64,000 bases of DNA from positions 1-64,000 of the forward strand of contig CAXHJY010001289.1 of the NCBI GenBank assembly GCA_964016885.1. Direction: 5' to 3'. Below are positions 19,745 to 33,594 of this stretch, one piece after another. A program made the position numbers and the translations under genes. The first letter of the stretch is position 1. Each line of letters opens with the position of its first letter. This DNA is from Eledone cirrhosa (lineage: Eukaryota). The notes under the pieces are model-generated. The model did not search any database. It saw nothing but the letters and a program-made list of their open reading frames with translations, and was not told the origin of the DNA.

Positions 19745-20660
19745 ATCTCCAGCCTGTATTGGTTGGCCACTGGTGCAAGAGGGAGTTTGCTGCACTTAGG
19801 TTTCCCTCGTGCCTTGCTGTGAGCTCATCCGTGATCTTGGATAGCAAGGTGTCGAGATGTTTCTTAAAGACATACACATCCACACCATGCAGATCTCTCA
19901 GAGCCCTCGGCAGCTTATTGAAAAGTTGAGGGTCCTTGAACCCTACGCTATTGCAATATCTGCTCCTTATTCTAGATGTGGAAGACGGGACCTTTGACAC
20001 CACACAGTGACGCCCTGTTCGACGGTTGGTCCAGCTCCCAATGCCAAAGTTTGGTGCTATCTCTCCAGGATTTTCCACACGTATATCACTGCGTATCTCT
20101 CCCGTCTTTGTTCCAAGGAGTAGACGTTCAGTTCTTTTAGCATCCTCCAATAGCCTATCACTTTCATCGTGGCAATCCTCTTGGTGTAGCTTCGCTGGAT
20201 TGCCTCAAGTTCCGTGGTTAGTCTGACACTATGGGGTGACCACAATTGGGTGCAATAGTCCAGGTGGCTTAGGACAAATGTCTTCCATAGTGACAACATG
20301 GTGTCTTGGTCTCGTGTCCGGAAAGTCCTCAAGATCCAGCCAGCGAGTCGTCTGCTCATCGTCGCCACTTTCATGATGTGTAAGGAAAAAGATGCATCAT
20401 CGCTCATGTCTATAAACAATTCTCGTATCGATTTTGACACGGGGTTATCGGTCCCTCCTGGTCCTGTGTAACTGTGTTGTACTGTATTTATGTTTGCAGG
20501 TTTGCATTGTAGGGCTTGGAATGTGCCAACATTAAACTACAAGTTGTTGTGTTCCGCCCATTTGTATATGGTATCCAGATCTTGTTGTAAAAGGGCAACG
20601 TCAGCCGGGTTTTTGATTGCCTGTGCTACTTTAGTGTCATAAGCATAGATACTGATGGAT
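19745..20660 (-). pseudogene. CR1-clade LINE reverse transcriptase 3' fragment (decayed)
   Basis: Minus-strand translation YAYDTKV...LQQDLD..., WILRTFRTRD..LWKTFVLSHLDYCTQLWSP, YSLEQRRERY, GPQLFNKLP-like; frameshifts and stops. Confidence 0.85.
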
Positions 20661-20677
20661 GTATATATATATACTTA

Positions 20678-20727
<50 letters not shown>

Positions 20728-20835
20728 TATATATACTAATATTTATATATATATATATATATATATAAATATATATGTACTTATATATATATATATATAT
20801 ATATAAATATATATATACTTATATTTATATATATA

Positions 20836-20881
<46 letters not shown>

Positions 20882-21094
20882 TATATATACTTATATTTAT
20901 ATATATATACTTATTTATATATATATATATATATATAAGTATATATATATATGTGTATATATATATATGTATATATATATGTATATATATATATGTGTAT
21001 ATATATATATGTATATACATAATGTATATATATATATATGTATATATATATATGTATATATATGTATATATATATATATGTATATATATGTATA

Positions 21095-21131
<37 letters not shown>

Positions 21132-21133
21132 GT

Positions 21134-21167
<34 letters not shown>

Positions 21168-21248
21168 ATGTATATGTATATGTATATATATATATGTGTA
21201 TATATGTATATGTATATATATATATATGTATATATGTATATATATATG

Positions 21249-21303
<55 letters not shown>

Positions 21304-21400
21304 GTATATATATATATATGTACATATATATATGTATATATATATATGTATATATATATATGTATATATATGTATATATATATATATGTATATATATATG

Positions 21401-21473
<73 letters not shown>

Positions 21474-21483
21474 GTATACATAT

Positions 21484-21533
<50 letters not shown>

Positions 21534-21558
21534 GTATATATATATATATATATGTATA

Positions 21559-21606
<48 letters not shown>

Positions 21607-21659
21607 TATATATATATATACTTATATATATATATATATACTTATATATATATGTATAC

Positions 21660-21690
<31 letters not shown>

Positions 21691-21695
21691 TATGT

Positions 21696-21733
<38 letters not shown>

Positions 21734-21816
21734 ACATATATATATATATACTTATATATATATATATATACTTATATATATATATATATGTATACATATA
21801 TATATATATATATACT

Positions 21817-21848
<32 letters not shown>

Positions 21849-21868
21849 CTTATATATATATATATATA
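20661..21868. repeat. (AT)n tract with ACTT/GTAT interruptions
   Basis: Direct inspection. Confidence 0.97.
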
Positions 21869-22290
21869 TAAACAATTAAGTTAAAAGGAGAATAGAGGAA
21901 AGGTGTTTCCTCAAAAACCAGTATGACTCTAAGAACCGGTTTGTCTGTGTGTTTACATACAGAATAGCTGGACACTCACAGTAAAGTGACCAGTGAAAAC
22001 TCGGTACATCTACATATGTACACGTGTGTGTATTCATATGCATACTAGTATTTCAGTATACATATGTGGATGTACATTTTTAACTTAATTGTTTAAGCGT
22101 CAGTCATACAAAAGTGAGTTACAAACGAAACGAAATTTAATTTCGTTTCGTTATTTGTTTTTATCGTCTCCGTTGAACCGGTACGTACTCACGCTCTATG
22201 CAAATTGGTCTGCCCACTACTAATTTTCATAGAAAAAGCATATAACGATATGTGCTTTCACGATTCTCTAGAGAAGCCGGAAGATAGGTA

Positions 22291-22335
22291 AATATTGCTG
22301 ATGAGATGTAACAACATCGAAACTAGTCCAATATT
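22291..22335 (+). ncRNA. Type I hammerhead ribozyme, canonical core
   Basis: AAUAUUG-CUGAUGA-GAUGU-aaca-ACAUC-GAAAC-UA-GUC-CAAUAUU; predicted cleavage after 22328; stem I extends to ~22263-22358. Confidence 0.93.
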
Positions 22336-22755
22336 CCTTGTCTGGCTTTCTGGAGAATAGAGGAAAGGTGTTTCCTCAAAAACCAGTATGACTCTAAGAA
22401 CCGGTTTGTCTGTGTGTTTACATACAGAATAGCTGGACACTCACAGTAAAGTGACCAGTGAAAACTCGGTACATCTACATATGTACACGTGTGTGTATTC
22501 ATATGCATACTAGTATTTCAGTATACATATGTGGATGTACATTTTTAACTTAATTGTTTAAGCGTCAGTCATACAAAAGTGAGTTACAAACGAAACGAAA
22601 TTTAATTTCGTTTCGTTATTTGTTTTTATCGTCTCCGTTGAACCGGTACGTACTCACGCTCTATGCAAATTGGTCTGCCCACTACTAATTTTCATAGAAA
22701 AAGCATATAACGATATGTGCTTTCACGATTCTCTAGAGAAGCCGGAAGATAGGTA

Positions 22756-22800
22756 AATATTGCTGATGAGATGTAACAACATCGAAACTAGTCCAATATT
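22756..22800 (+). ncRNA. Type I hammerhead ribozyme (repeat unit 2)
   Basis: Identical to 22291-22335, offset +465. Confidence 0.93.
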
Positions 22801-23220
22801 CCTTGTCTGGCTTTCTGTAGAATAGAGGAAAGGTGTTTCCTCAAAAACCAGTATGACTCTAAGAACCGGTTTGTCTGTGTGTTTACATACAGAATAGCTG
22901 GACACTCACAGTAAAGTGACCAGTGAAAACTCGGTACATCTACATATGTACACGTGTGTGTATTCATATGCATACTAGTATTTCAGTATACATATGTGGA
23001 TGTACATTTTTAACTTAATTGTTTAAGCGTCAGTCATACAAAAGTGAGTTACAAACGAAACGAAATTTAATTTCGTTTCGTTATTTGTTTTTATCGTCTC
23101 CGTTGAACCGGTACGTACTCACGCTCTATGCAAATTGGTCTGCCCACTACTAATTTTCATAGAAAAAGCATATAACGATATGTGCTTTCACGATTCTCTA
23201 GAGAAGCCGGAAGATAGGTA

Positions 23221-23265
23221 AATATTGCTGATGAGATGTAACAACATCGAAACTAGTCCAATATT
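23221..23265 (+). ncRNA. Type I hammerhead ribozyme (repeat unit 3)
   Basis: Identical to 22291-22335, offset +930. Confidence 0.93.
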
Positions 23266-23552
23266 CCTTGTCTGGCTTTCTGGAGAATAGAGGAAAGGTG
23301 TTTCCTCAAAAACCAGTATGACTCTAAGAACCGGTTTGTCTGTGTGTTTACATACAGAATAGCTGGACACTCACAGTAAAGTGACCAGTGAAAACTCGGT
23401 ACATCTACATATGTACACGTGTGTGTATTCATATGCATACTAGTATTTCAGTATACATATGTGGATGTACATTTTTAACTTAATTGTTTAAGCGTCAGTC
23501 ATACAAAAGTGAGTTACAAACGAAACGAAATTTAATTTCGTTTCGTTATTTG

Positions 23553-23589
<37 letters not shown>

Positions 23590-23618
23590 TTATATATATA
23601 TATATATATATATATAAG

Positions 23619-23649
<31 letters not shown>

Positions 23650-23670
23650 GTATATATATATATGTATATA

Positions 23671-23733
<63 letters not shown>

Positions 23734-23740
23734 GTATATA

Positions 23741-23777
<37 letters not shown>

Positions 23778-23851
23778 GTATATGTATATATATACTTATA
23801 TATATATATGTATAGATGTGAGAAAAACCACAGACCCTCCATCTCAACTCA

Positions 23852-23889
23852 CCTTTTGAAAAGCAGAATAACTGCGAAACCGGTAAAGG
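23852..23889 (+). ncRNA. Minimal type I hammerhead ribozyme, U3:A8 variant (copy 2)
   Basis: CCUU-UUGAAAA-GCAG-aauaa-CUGC-GAAAC-CG-GUA-AAGG; differs from 18220-18257 only in loop 2. Confidence 0.8.
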
Positions 23890-24039
23890 AACCAAATAAA
23901 TATATATATTTTTTAAAATAATAAGACTTCAGTTGCATTTTCGATTTCATCTCTTTTTCTTTATACTTTCACTCGTGTAGGACACCCCGGTTATTTTTCA
24001 TTTTGTAAAAAGAAACTCACTTTCTAATATATATATATG

Positions 24040-24105
<66 letters not shown>

Positions 24106-24233
24106 TGTATATGTATATGCATATATATATATATATGTATATGTATATGTATATATATATATGTATATATATATATGTATACAGATATATATTTATATAT
24201 ATATATGTATATGTATATGCATATATATATATG

Positions 24234-24264
<31 letters not shown>

Positions 24265-24321
24265 GTATATGTATATATATATATACATATGTATATATAT
24301 ATATGTATACATATATATATT

Positions 24322-24354
<33 letters not shown>

Positions 24355-24442
24355 TTATATATATATATATGTATACATATATATATATATATGTATACAT
24401 ATATATATATATATATATGTATACATATATATATATATGTAT

Positions 24443-24575
24443 ATTAGAAAATATATAGCTTTCACCGTATTTTTAACTAAAGGAATCTTAGCTTGATAAC
24501 GGGGTTTAGAACCCACAGATAAATGGAAAAAGATGAGTATTGACGTACATGGGAGTCGAACCCACATCTGTGGTT
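24443..24575. repeat. ~130-bp dispersed repeat in (AT)n (copy at ~27430-27560; related inverted piece at ~52655-52722)
   Basis: attagaaaatatatagctttcaccgtatttttaactaaagg... is near-identical at both loci; probably a PLE terminal fragment (inference). Confidence 0.8.
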
Positions 24576-24612
24576 ATATATGTATATATATATATGTATA
24601 CATATATATATT

Positions 24613-24650
<38 letters not shown>

Positions 24651-24781
24651 GATAGATATATATATGTATATATATATATATATATATATGTATACATATA
24701 TATATATATATATGTATACATATATATATATATATATATATACTGATATATATATATATATATATATCTGATATATATATG

Positions 24782-24821
<40 letters not shown>

Positions 24822-24828
24822 TATATGT

Positions 24829-24859
<31 letters not shown>

Positions 24860-24882
24860 CTGATATATATATGTATATATAT

Positions 24883-24949
<67 letters not shown>

Positions 24950-25109
24950 GATATATATATACATATGTATACATATATGTATATATACTTATATATATAT
25001 ATATACTTATATATATATGTATACATATATATATATATATATACTTATATATATATATATATATATATATAATTATATATATAATTATATTTATATATAT
25101 ATATATACT

Positions 25110-25190
<81 letters not shown>

Positions 25191-25204
25191 TTATATATAT
25201 ATAA

Positions 25205-25881
25205 AGAGGATGCTCTGAAACTCCCGTACTCCCTTCCCTCCTGGGAAACTCTCGTGGCATCTAAAAACATCAGAGGCTTGGGAGTAACCGTGGACAGCAA
25301 CATAAGCTGGGCCACGCATATAAGCAGCAAACTTGACATGGCCCGCAGAATGTGTTCCTGGATCCTCAGAACCTTCCAGTCGAGAGATTCCCACACCATT
25401 ATACTTCTCTTCTCTACTTTTGCCCGACCACACCTTGAATACTGTTGTCCACTGTGGTCTCCCCACACGAAACAAAGAATCATGAAACTTGAAGCTCCTC
25501 AAAGGGCAGTCACGAAAAAGATAGATGGCATGTCAGACCTTGACTACTGGGGTCGACTAGAAAAGCTGAAACTTTACTCACTCCAACGTCGCCGTGAGCG
25601 TTATATTATCTGCATGATGTGGAAAATGTTACATCATCACTGCCCAAATGATGTTGGCATCGCCTTCAAGATACACCCAAGGCTTGGGCCCCGTGCTATC
25701 CGTGCCATACAAAAATCTAAATCGCAACTCATAACAACAATACGGCACAATTATTTCACCTCAATTGGCCCTGCTCTCTTCAACATCAAACCAGGACACG
25801 TCAAAACAGAAACTGACCACACGAAATTCAAGAAGTCTTTGGACAAATTCCTCCAAGTAATCCTGGACAAACCACCCACAC
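25205..25881 (+). pseudogene. CR1-clade LINE RT C-terminal fragment
   Basis: [20 protein letters not shown]...[10 protein letters not shown]...[15 protein letters not shown]...[10 protein letters not shown]...GPALFN...[16 protein letters not shown]. Confidence 0.88.
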
Positions 25882-26389
25882 CCGGTTCAGCGGAGACGAT
25901 AAAAACAAATAACGAAACGAAATTAAATTTCGTTTCGTTTGTAACTCACTTTTGTATGACTGACGCTTAAACAATTAAGTTAAAAATGTACATCTACATA
26001 TGCATACTGAAATACTAGTATGCATATGAAGACACACACGTATACATATGTAGATGTAACAAGTCTTTCACTGGTTACTTTACTGTGAGTAACCCAGCTA
26101 TTCTGTATGTAAACACACAGACAAACCGGTTTTTAGAGTCATACTGGTTTTCGAGGAAACACCTTTCCTCTATTCTCCAGAAAGCCAGACAAGGAATATT
26201 GAACTAGTTTCGTTGTTATTACAACTCATCAGCAATATTTACCTATCTACCGGCCTTTCTGGAGAATCGTAAAAGCACATATCGTTATATGCTTTTTCTA
26301 TGAAAATTAGTAGTGGGCAGACTAATTTACATAGAGTGTGAGTACGCACCGGTTCAGCGGAGATGATAAAAACAAATAACGAAACGAAA
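25882..26389 (-). mobile_element. Diverged inverted copy (~1.1 unit) of the 465-bp retrozyme-like repeat
   Basis: Reverse complement of the 21887-23559 unit with scattered substitutions and ~40 bp terminal redundancy. Confidence 0.88.
26195..26239 (-). ncRNA. Type I hammerhead ribozyme with compensatory change in stem II
   Basis: AAUAUUG-CUGAUGA-GUUGU-aaua-ACAAC-GAAAC-UA-GUU-CAAUAUU. Confidence 0.92.
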
Positions 26390-28088
<1,699 letters not shown>

Positions 28089-28092
<4 letters not shown>

Positions 28093-28433
28093 CTTACATC
28101 GGCATGACCTCCAACAACTTTAAGACCCGTTGGTGTGCCCATACCCACTCCTTCAGAAGACCGGATAAATCAAATCAGACAACACTCGCCTCCTACGTTT
28201 GGGACCTCAAAAGGAACTCCACCCCCTTCAAGCTTAATTGGAAAATACTCCAGAAAGCGCGCTCTTACAACGGAGGACACAAGGGCTGCGACCTTTGTAT
28301 TTCAGAGAGCTACGAAATGTTATTCGCCAAGGGCCCGCTACTGAACAAACTCTCTGAACATTGCCCGAACTGCATGCACAAGAACTTTGCCACATTCAAA
28401 CACTTTAAGCCAGTGTTAGAGCCCGATGGCTAA
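28089..28433 (+). pseudogene. Penelope-like element GIY-YIG endonuclease C-terminal fragment
   Basis: [18 protein letters not shown]...TTLASYVWDLK...WKIL.KARSY....CDLCISE...LLNK...C.H; 5'-truncated at (AT)n. Confidence 0.85.
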
Positions 28434-28579
28434 AAACGACCTCCCCCTATTGGCCCCTATACCTCCTCCCACTCTACCCCCACCCCTCCTCAACCTGAAA
28501 TACGGCCACTATGGTTATGTGAGTACCTCTTTCGTATCTACATTTTCTGCCTGTAGAGGTGTCTTTATGTGCCTGCGTA

Positions 28580-28651
28580 TATGCGTATATTTATTGAGTA
28601 CCTATTTACTTGTATGTGTATATATTTGTTTGTTTTATGTGTGTGTGTGTA

Positions 28652-28710
<59 letters not shown>

Positions 28711-28806
28711 ATATATACATATGTATATATATATATGTTTGTGTGTATATGTGTTTTATGTGTGTATATTTATGTATGTATATGTATGTATATGTTTGTG
28801 TATGTG

Positions 28807-28849
<43 letters not shown>

Positions 28850-28960
28850 ATGTATGTGTATGTATGTATGTATGTATGTGTATGTATGTATGTATGTTTA
28901 TGTATATGTATGTGTATGTGTGTATGTATGTGTGTATATGTATATATATGTGTATATGTA

Positions 28961-28991
<31 letters not shown>

Positions 28992-29070
28992 GTGTATATA
29001 TATATATATATGTATATATGTATATGTATGTATGTGTGTATATATGTGTGTATATATGTATATGTATATG

Positions 29071-29133
<63 letters not shown>

Positions 29134-29148
29134 GTATGTGTGTGCGTG

Positions 29149-29201
<53 letters not shown>

Positions 29202-29220
29202 GTATATGTTGTGTGGGCAG

Positions 29221-29272
<52 letters not shown>

Positions 29273-29507
29273 ATTTGTATGTGTATATATGTATATGTGT
29301 GTATGTGTGTGTGTGTATATGTATGTATATGTATGTGTGTGTATATATATTTATATATATGTGTGTATATGTATATATATATATATGTATGTGTATGTGT
29401 ATATGTGTGTATATGTGTATATATATATATATAGATATATATATATATATATATGTGTGTATATATATGTATATATATGTATATGTATGTGTATGTGTAT
29501 GTGTGTG

Positions 29508-29538
<31 letters not shown>

Positions 29539-29547
29539 CTATATATG

Positions 29548-29580
<33 letters not shown>

Positions 29581-29834
29581 ATGTGTGTATATATATATAT
29601 GTGTGTATATATATGTGTATATGTATGTGTCTGTGTATGTGTATGTGTGTATGTATGTATATATGTGTGTATGTGTGTGTATGTGTGTATATATATATAT
29701 ATATATATGTGTATATATATATATATGTGTGCGTGAGAGAGAGAGTGTGTATATATATTTTGTGTGTGGGTGTGTGTATGTGTGTATGCGCGTGTGTGTA
29801 TATATATATATGTATATGTATATATATATATATG

Positions 29835-29919
<85 letters not shown>

Positions 29920-30042
29920 ATATGTGTGTATGTATAGATATTTATACATATGTATACTCGTGTTTGTATGTATGAGTGTGAGTGTATTTATTTGTGTATA
30001 TATGTGTGTGTGTGTGTATGTATGTGTATGTGTGTGTGTATC

Positions 30043-30098
<56 letters not shown>

Positions 30099-30106
30099 TG
30101 TGTGTA

Positions 30107-30147
<41 letters not shown>

Positions 30148-30300
30148 TATATGTGTATGTATGTATGTATGTGTGTATGTATGTGTGTGTACATGAATAT
30201 ATATTTATATATATTTATATATTTTTATATATGTGTGTGTGTTTTTTTATGTGTGTATATGTGTTTGTGTGTGTGTTTATGGTTGCGCGTAAGTGTGTGA
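28580..30300. repeat. (TA)n/(TG)n/(TATG)n complex tract
   Basis: Direct inspection. Confidence 0.95.
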
Positions 30301-30824
30301 GTGAGTATGTGTTTTTTGTTTTTTTGTTTTTTTGTTTTTTTGTTTTTTTGTTTTTTTGTGAATGTGTCTGTTGATTTTTGGCATATAGTTGATTAGTTTA
30401 AGAGAAGTTCGAAGATAATTGTAAGATATGCACTCAGTATTTTGAATCTGTCTGCAGAATTCTCTAGACCTTTGTCACTTAGTAGAACCTTAATGACTTT
30501 AGCTTTTAAAGAATCTCCCTTTTCTTTAATTCTATCGACCATGACTGACCCCCCACTGATTTTATAGACATCTGTTAGCTTAAGAGAAACTTATTGACGA
30601 GGAATGGTATGCCATCCGGAACCTGTTTATAGAATTCTGTCTGCCTTTGTTACTCTAAAAACATAAATAAATATAAATAAAAATAAAAATAAACTATAGC
30701 TTTGTAGAATTAGCTTTTAATGAATTCCCTTTTCTATCAACCAATGACCTGCACCCATCCCACTCCCCACCCTCTCCTACCACTTGTAGAGACCTATAAA
30801 TACCATATTTATTTTTTGATACCC

Positions 30825-30875
30825 AGATTCCTGATGATTTCTAATGAATGAAACAGTTCTAGTCCTGTAGAATCT
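30825..30875 (+). ncRNA. Type I hammerhead ribozyme in a PLE pLTR remnant
   Basis: AGAUUC-CUGAUGA-uUUC-uaau-GAAu-GAAACAG-uucuaguc-CUGUA-GAAUCU; stem III ACAG/CUGU, GUA site. Confidence 0.85.
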
Positions 30876-30887
30876 CATCTATATTAA

Positions 30888-30957
<70 letters not shown>

Positions 30958-31397
30958 AGGGTTGTATTCTAATTCCGACTTAATAACTGGAGGCCTGATA
31001 TTAAACAAAGTATTTGAGAAACTACAATGATGCATATGCACTCATACACTAGTGTGTGCATGGGATCACGGTAACATGGTTTCTAATTGTTCTTTCAATA
31101 GAGTAACATGTTCGACAATTTAGTGCAAATGTGACAGAGTATTCCACAGAATGATGCCCCTGTAACGCAATCTGCAGCGTTATTCACCGTGACATAGTGC
31201 GACGAGGCGAGACATTTGAATTACAAGAATAGTCCCATTGTATTGTAGTTTAAGTCGCTAAGCATTCCAATGGCTCCATTAATTTAATCCTCAAGGGCAT
31301 TCATTATCACCCATTGTGTGATTAGGCCGGTTTTGTTAATTACGTGTACAATGCATTGTTGCCAGCAGCGTAGACTGGAGAAACGTGAAGTTATGAT

Positions 31398-31398
<1 letters not shown>

Positions 31399-31428
<30 letters not shown>

Positions 31429-31437
31429 CTCTCTCTA
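31399..31437. repeat. (ATCT)n microsatellite at the 5' junction of the LINE stack
   Basis: ctatctatctatct...ctctctcta directly before the element start. Confidence 0.9.
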
Positions 31438-31656
31438 TCAGTCGTGTGTCACTTCGCGGAGAAGTTTCCGTTAATTTATGTAAGGAAAAAACGTGAGTTT
31501 TTAGTTCAATTTTATATCATTGTGTAACTTGACCACCCGTCTGGACCTTCAGGTGGTGGGTCAACTCATTTTCGCCCCTTCAGGGGCGGAATATCCATTT
31601 AAAAAATTTTTCTCCATCGAATCTTGGAAAAAATATTGTAAAATTTTGATTACGTT
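31438..31656 (+). promoter_or_regulatory. Putative internal promoter / structured 5' UTR
   Basis: Begins TCAGTC (Inr-like) in both copies; hairpins TTGACCACC...GGTgGGTCAA and CGCCCC-ttca-GGGGCG. Confidence 0.45.
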
Positions 31657-33561
31657 ATGAACGCTGCGTCCAACGATAATGGTGGTGGAGAGGCGGTAAG
31701 ACTACAAAGCTCGCAGTCAACAACGTCTTCTTCACTAGATACTATAGAGATGGAAAGACAAAATGAAAATAAAAAAACGAATTCACATCCAAACAACACA
31801 AATGACACCAAACAGCTCAATGACAACAAAAATAACAGCAAAACCAATAATGATGATAAAAGCAACAATGATAACAACAACAAAGAAAAAAATAAAGACA
31901 ACGCCAATAACACCAGCATCAAAGACAACAACAACACCAAGGAAAATACGGATGATACCAACATCGGTGACAACAAGAATAACAACAATAATGACAACAC
32001 CACCAATACGGATTCCACAAAGAAACCAAAAATCTCCTTTGCGGAGAAAGTTCAAAAGAAAGAACAATTGATATATCTCGACATAACAAATGCTGAACAC
32101 CTTTTAAAGGACGCTAAGAGATATGTCACCTTCGAAAAAAATGGTGCTTTCAGCATCAATTCTCCGGTAGAAATTCGCAAGGAAACTGCTCTCAAAACGA
32201 TAGTTTTTAGGACAGTTTCCAATTCTACCCGAAAACCAGTCCAATTGTCACAGAAAGATATTGAACTGGTTTTCAAAGATTCAATGAATGATATTGCATT
32301 CATTCAAAGAAGCAAACTTTTTGGGAGTATTTCGGTACTGATGAAGGATCAATTGACGGCCCAAAATTACTCTGTGTCGCCAATTGTATCCAACCTGTAC
32401 ACCTTTTTCCCTACATACATGGGAAAAAGGACACAAAAGATCAGAATCACAAGTGTCACACCAAAGGTGAACATATGGTGGATACTGTGCGGCTTCATCA
32501 ATTTTGATGAAGACAGAATACTGTCAGTAGGCAAGTCCCCCAGAGATGTATTCAATGGGACTAGCATTGAAGTTCTGGTGCAAATGAGCCCAGAGCGAAT
32601 AGCTATGATCCCACAGCGTGTACTCCTGGACGGACTTACCTACATAAACCTTTCGGTTGAGGGTAGGCGGCCTTCATGTTACCATTGCTTTAGCAGGGGT
32701 CACCTGAGGGCTTCCTGTCCTAAACTAATGAACCAAAAAAAGGCTCTTCTGCCAACACCCATCAAAACAACACAACCACCAACACCACCACTACAACAAC
32801 AACACCAACACACAAAAATAACCACAACAAACACAGTCCCACCCAACCTCACTCCACCTAAAACCACTGCAAAATCACATACAGACACAACAGCTCCCCA
32901 AGACATACCCCTCCCCAATCACACAGACGATACAACAGATGAGGCTATCTCGCCATCACCCAGTGAAGACGAGGGAGAACCCCATCGCTCGAAAAGAAAG
33001 AAAAGACATCACAAAAGCAAAAAACCAGCAAACACTACCACAAACATACAACCACCAACACAAACAACAAAAATATCACAAACAAAACCCCCACCTCCTG
33101 AAAACAAAATACCTACAACAAAACGAAAGCACACACAAGAACTACAGACAAAAACAAACACAACACAAGAAAATTACACTTACACTTACATAAACACTGA
33201 AAACAAAACACTAATGGAGACCATTACGAACGACCCTTCGGTTTTCACCGAAGGGAAAACTTTCGCCCACTCTATAAAAAATAGCAAAAAAATGAACCTA
33301 AAACTGATTAGGGTCCCTATACAAACTTATAGGTCCCTAAAAGAAACATTTGAGAAGGATGTGGGGAATTCCTGCGTGAAACCACTCAACCGCGTCCTTC
33401 TCAAATGCCTCCCCACCCCAGACACCCCCATTCCACCAGACCCCACCCCACCAAACATCTGCGTCCCCACCCCGCCGGAAACCACCACCCATCCAGACAA
33501 CCCCTCCAACACCCCCATGGAAATCGTGCGGCCTGGTCCCCAGGAGGCGAAGGGTGAGTGA
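31657..33561 (+). CDS. LINE ORF1 nucleic-acid-binding protein (634 aa)
   Basis: CX2CX4HX4C knuckle CYHCFSRGHLRASC, Asn-rich N-terminus, Pro/Thr-rich C-terminus, basic patch KRKKRHHK; lies upstream of ORF2. Confidence 0.9.
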   Translation: MNAASNDNGGGEAVRLQSSQSTTSSSLDTIEMERQNENKKTNSHPNNTNDTKQLNDNKNNSKTNNDDKSNNDNNNKEKNKDNANNTSIKDNNNTKENTDDTNIGDNKNNNNNDNTTNTDSTKKPKISFAEKVQKKEQLIYLDITNAEHLLKDAKRYVTFEKNGAFSINSPVEIRKETALKTIVFRTVSNSTRKPVQLSQKDIELVFKDSMNDIAFIQRSKLFGSISVLMKDQLTAQNYSVSPIVSNLYTFFPTYMGKRTQKIRITSVTPKVNIWWILCGFINFDEDRILSVGKSPRDVFNGTSIEVLVQMSPERIAMIPQRVLLDGLTYINLSVEGRRPSCYHCFSRGHLRASCPKLMNQKKALLPTPIKTTQPPTPPLQQQHQHTKITTTNTVPPNLTPPKTTAKSHTDTTAPQDIPLPNHTDDTTDEAISPSPSEDEGEPHRSKRKKRHHKSKKPANTTTNIQPPTQTTKISQTKPPPPENKIPTTKRKHTQELQTKTNTTQENYTYTYINTENKTLMETITNDPSVFTEGKTFAHSIKNSKKMNLKLIRVPIQTYRSLKETFEKDVGNSCVKPLNRVLLKCLPTPDTPIPPDPTPPNICVPTPPETTTHPDNPSNTPMEIVRPGPQEAKGE

Positions 33562-33594
33562 TCTCTTTTCCTCTTTTAACTTTTCAGCACCAAC

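Larger units (their letters stand above)
21887..23559 (+). mobile_element. 465-bp tandem array (~3.6 units) with one HHR per unit: non-LTR retrozyme-like element
   Basis: Exact 465-bp periodicity (also seen in ORF track 22258/22723/23188); near-identical units; no meaningful ORF; multiple long hairpins; preceded by an 18-bp inverted piece (21869-21886). Confidence 0.88.

Noticed and set aside
21887-23559. Periodic array as CRISPR or coding repeat
   Set aside because: Units are identical 465-mers without unique spacers; eukaryotic context; the 60-61 aa ORFs have no recognisable motifs
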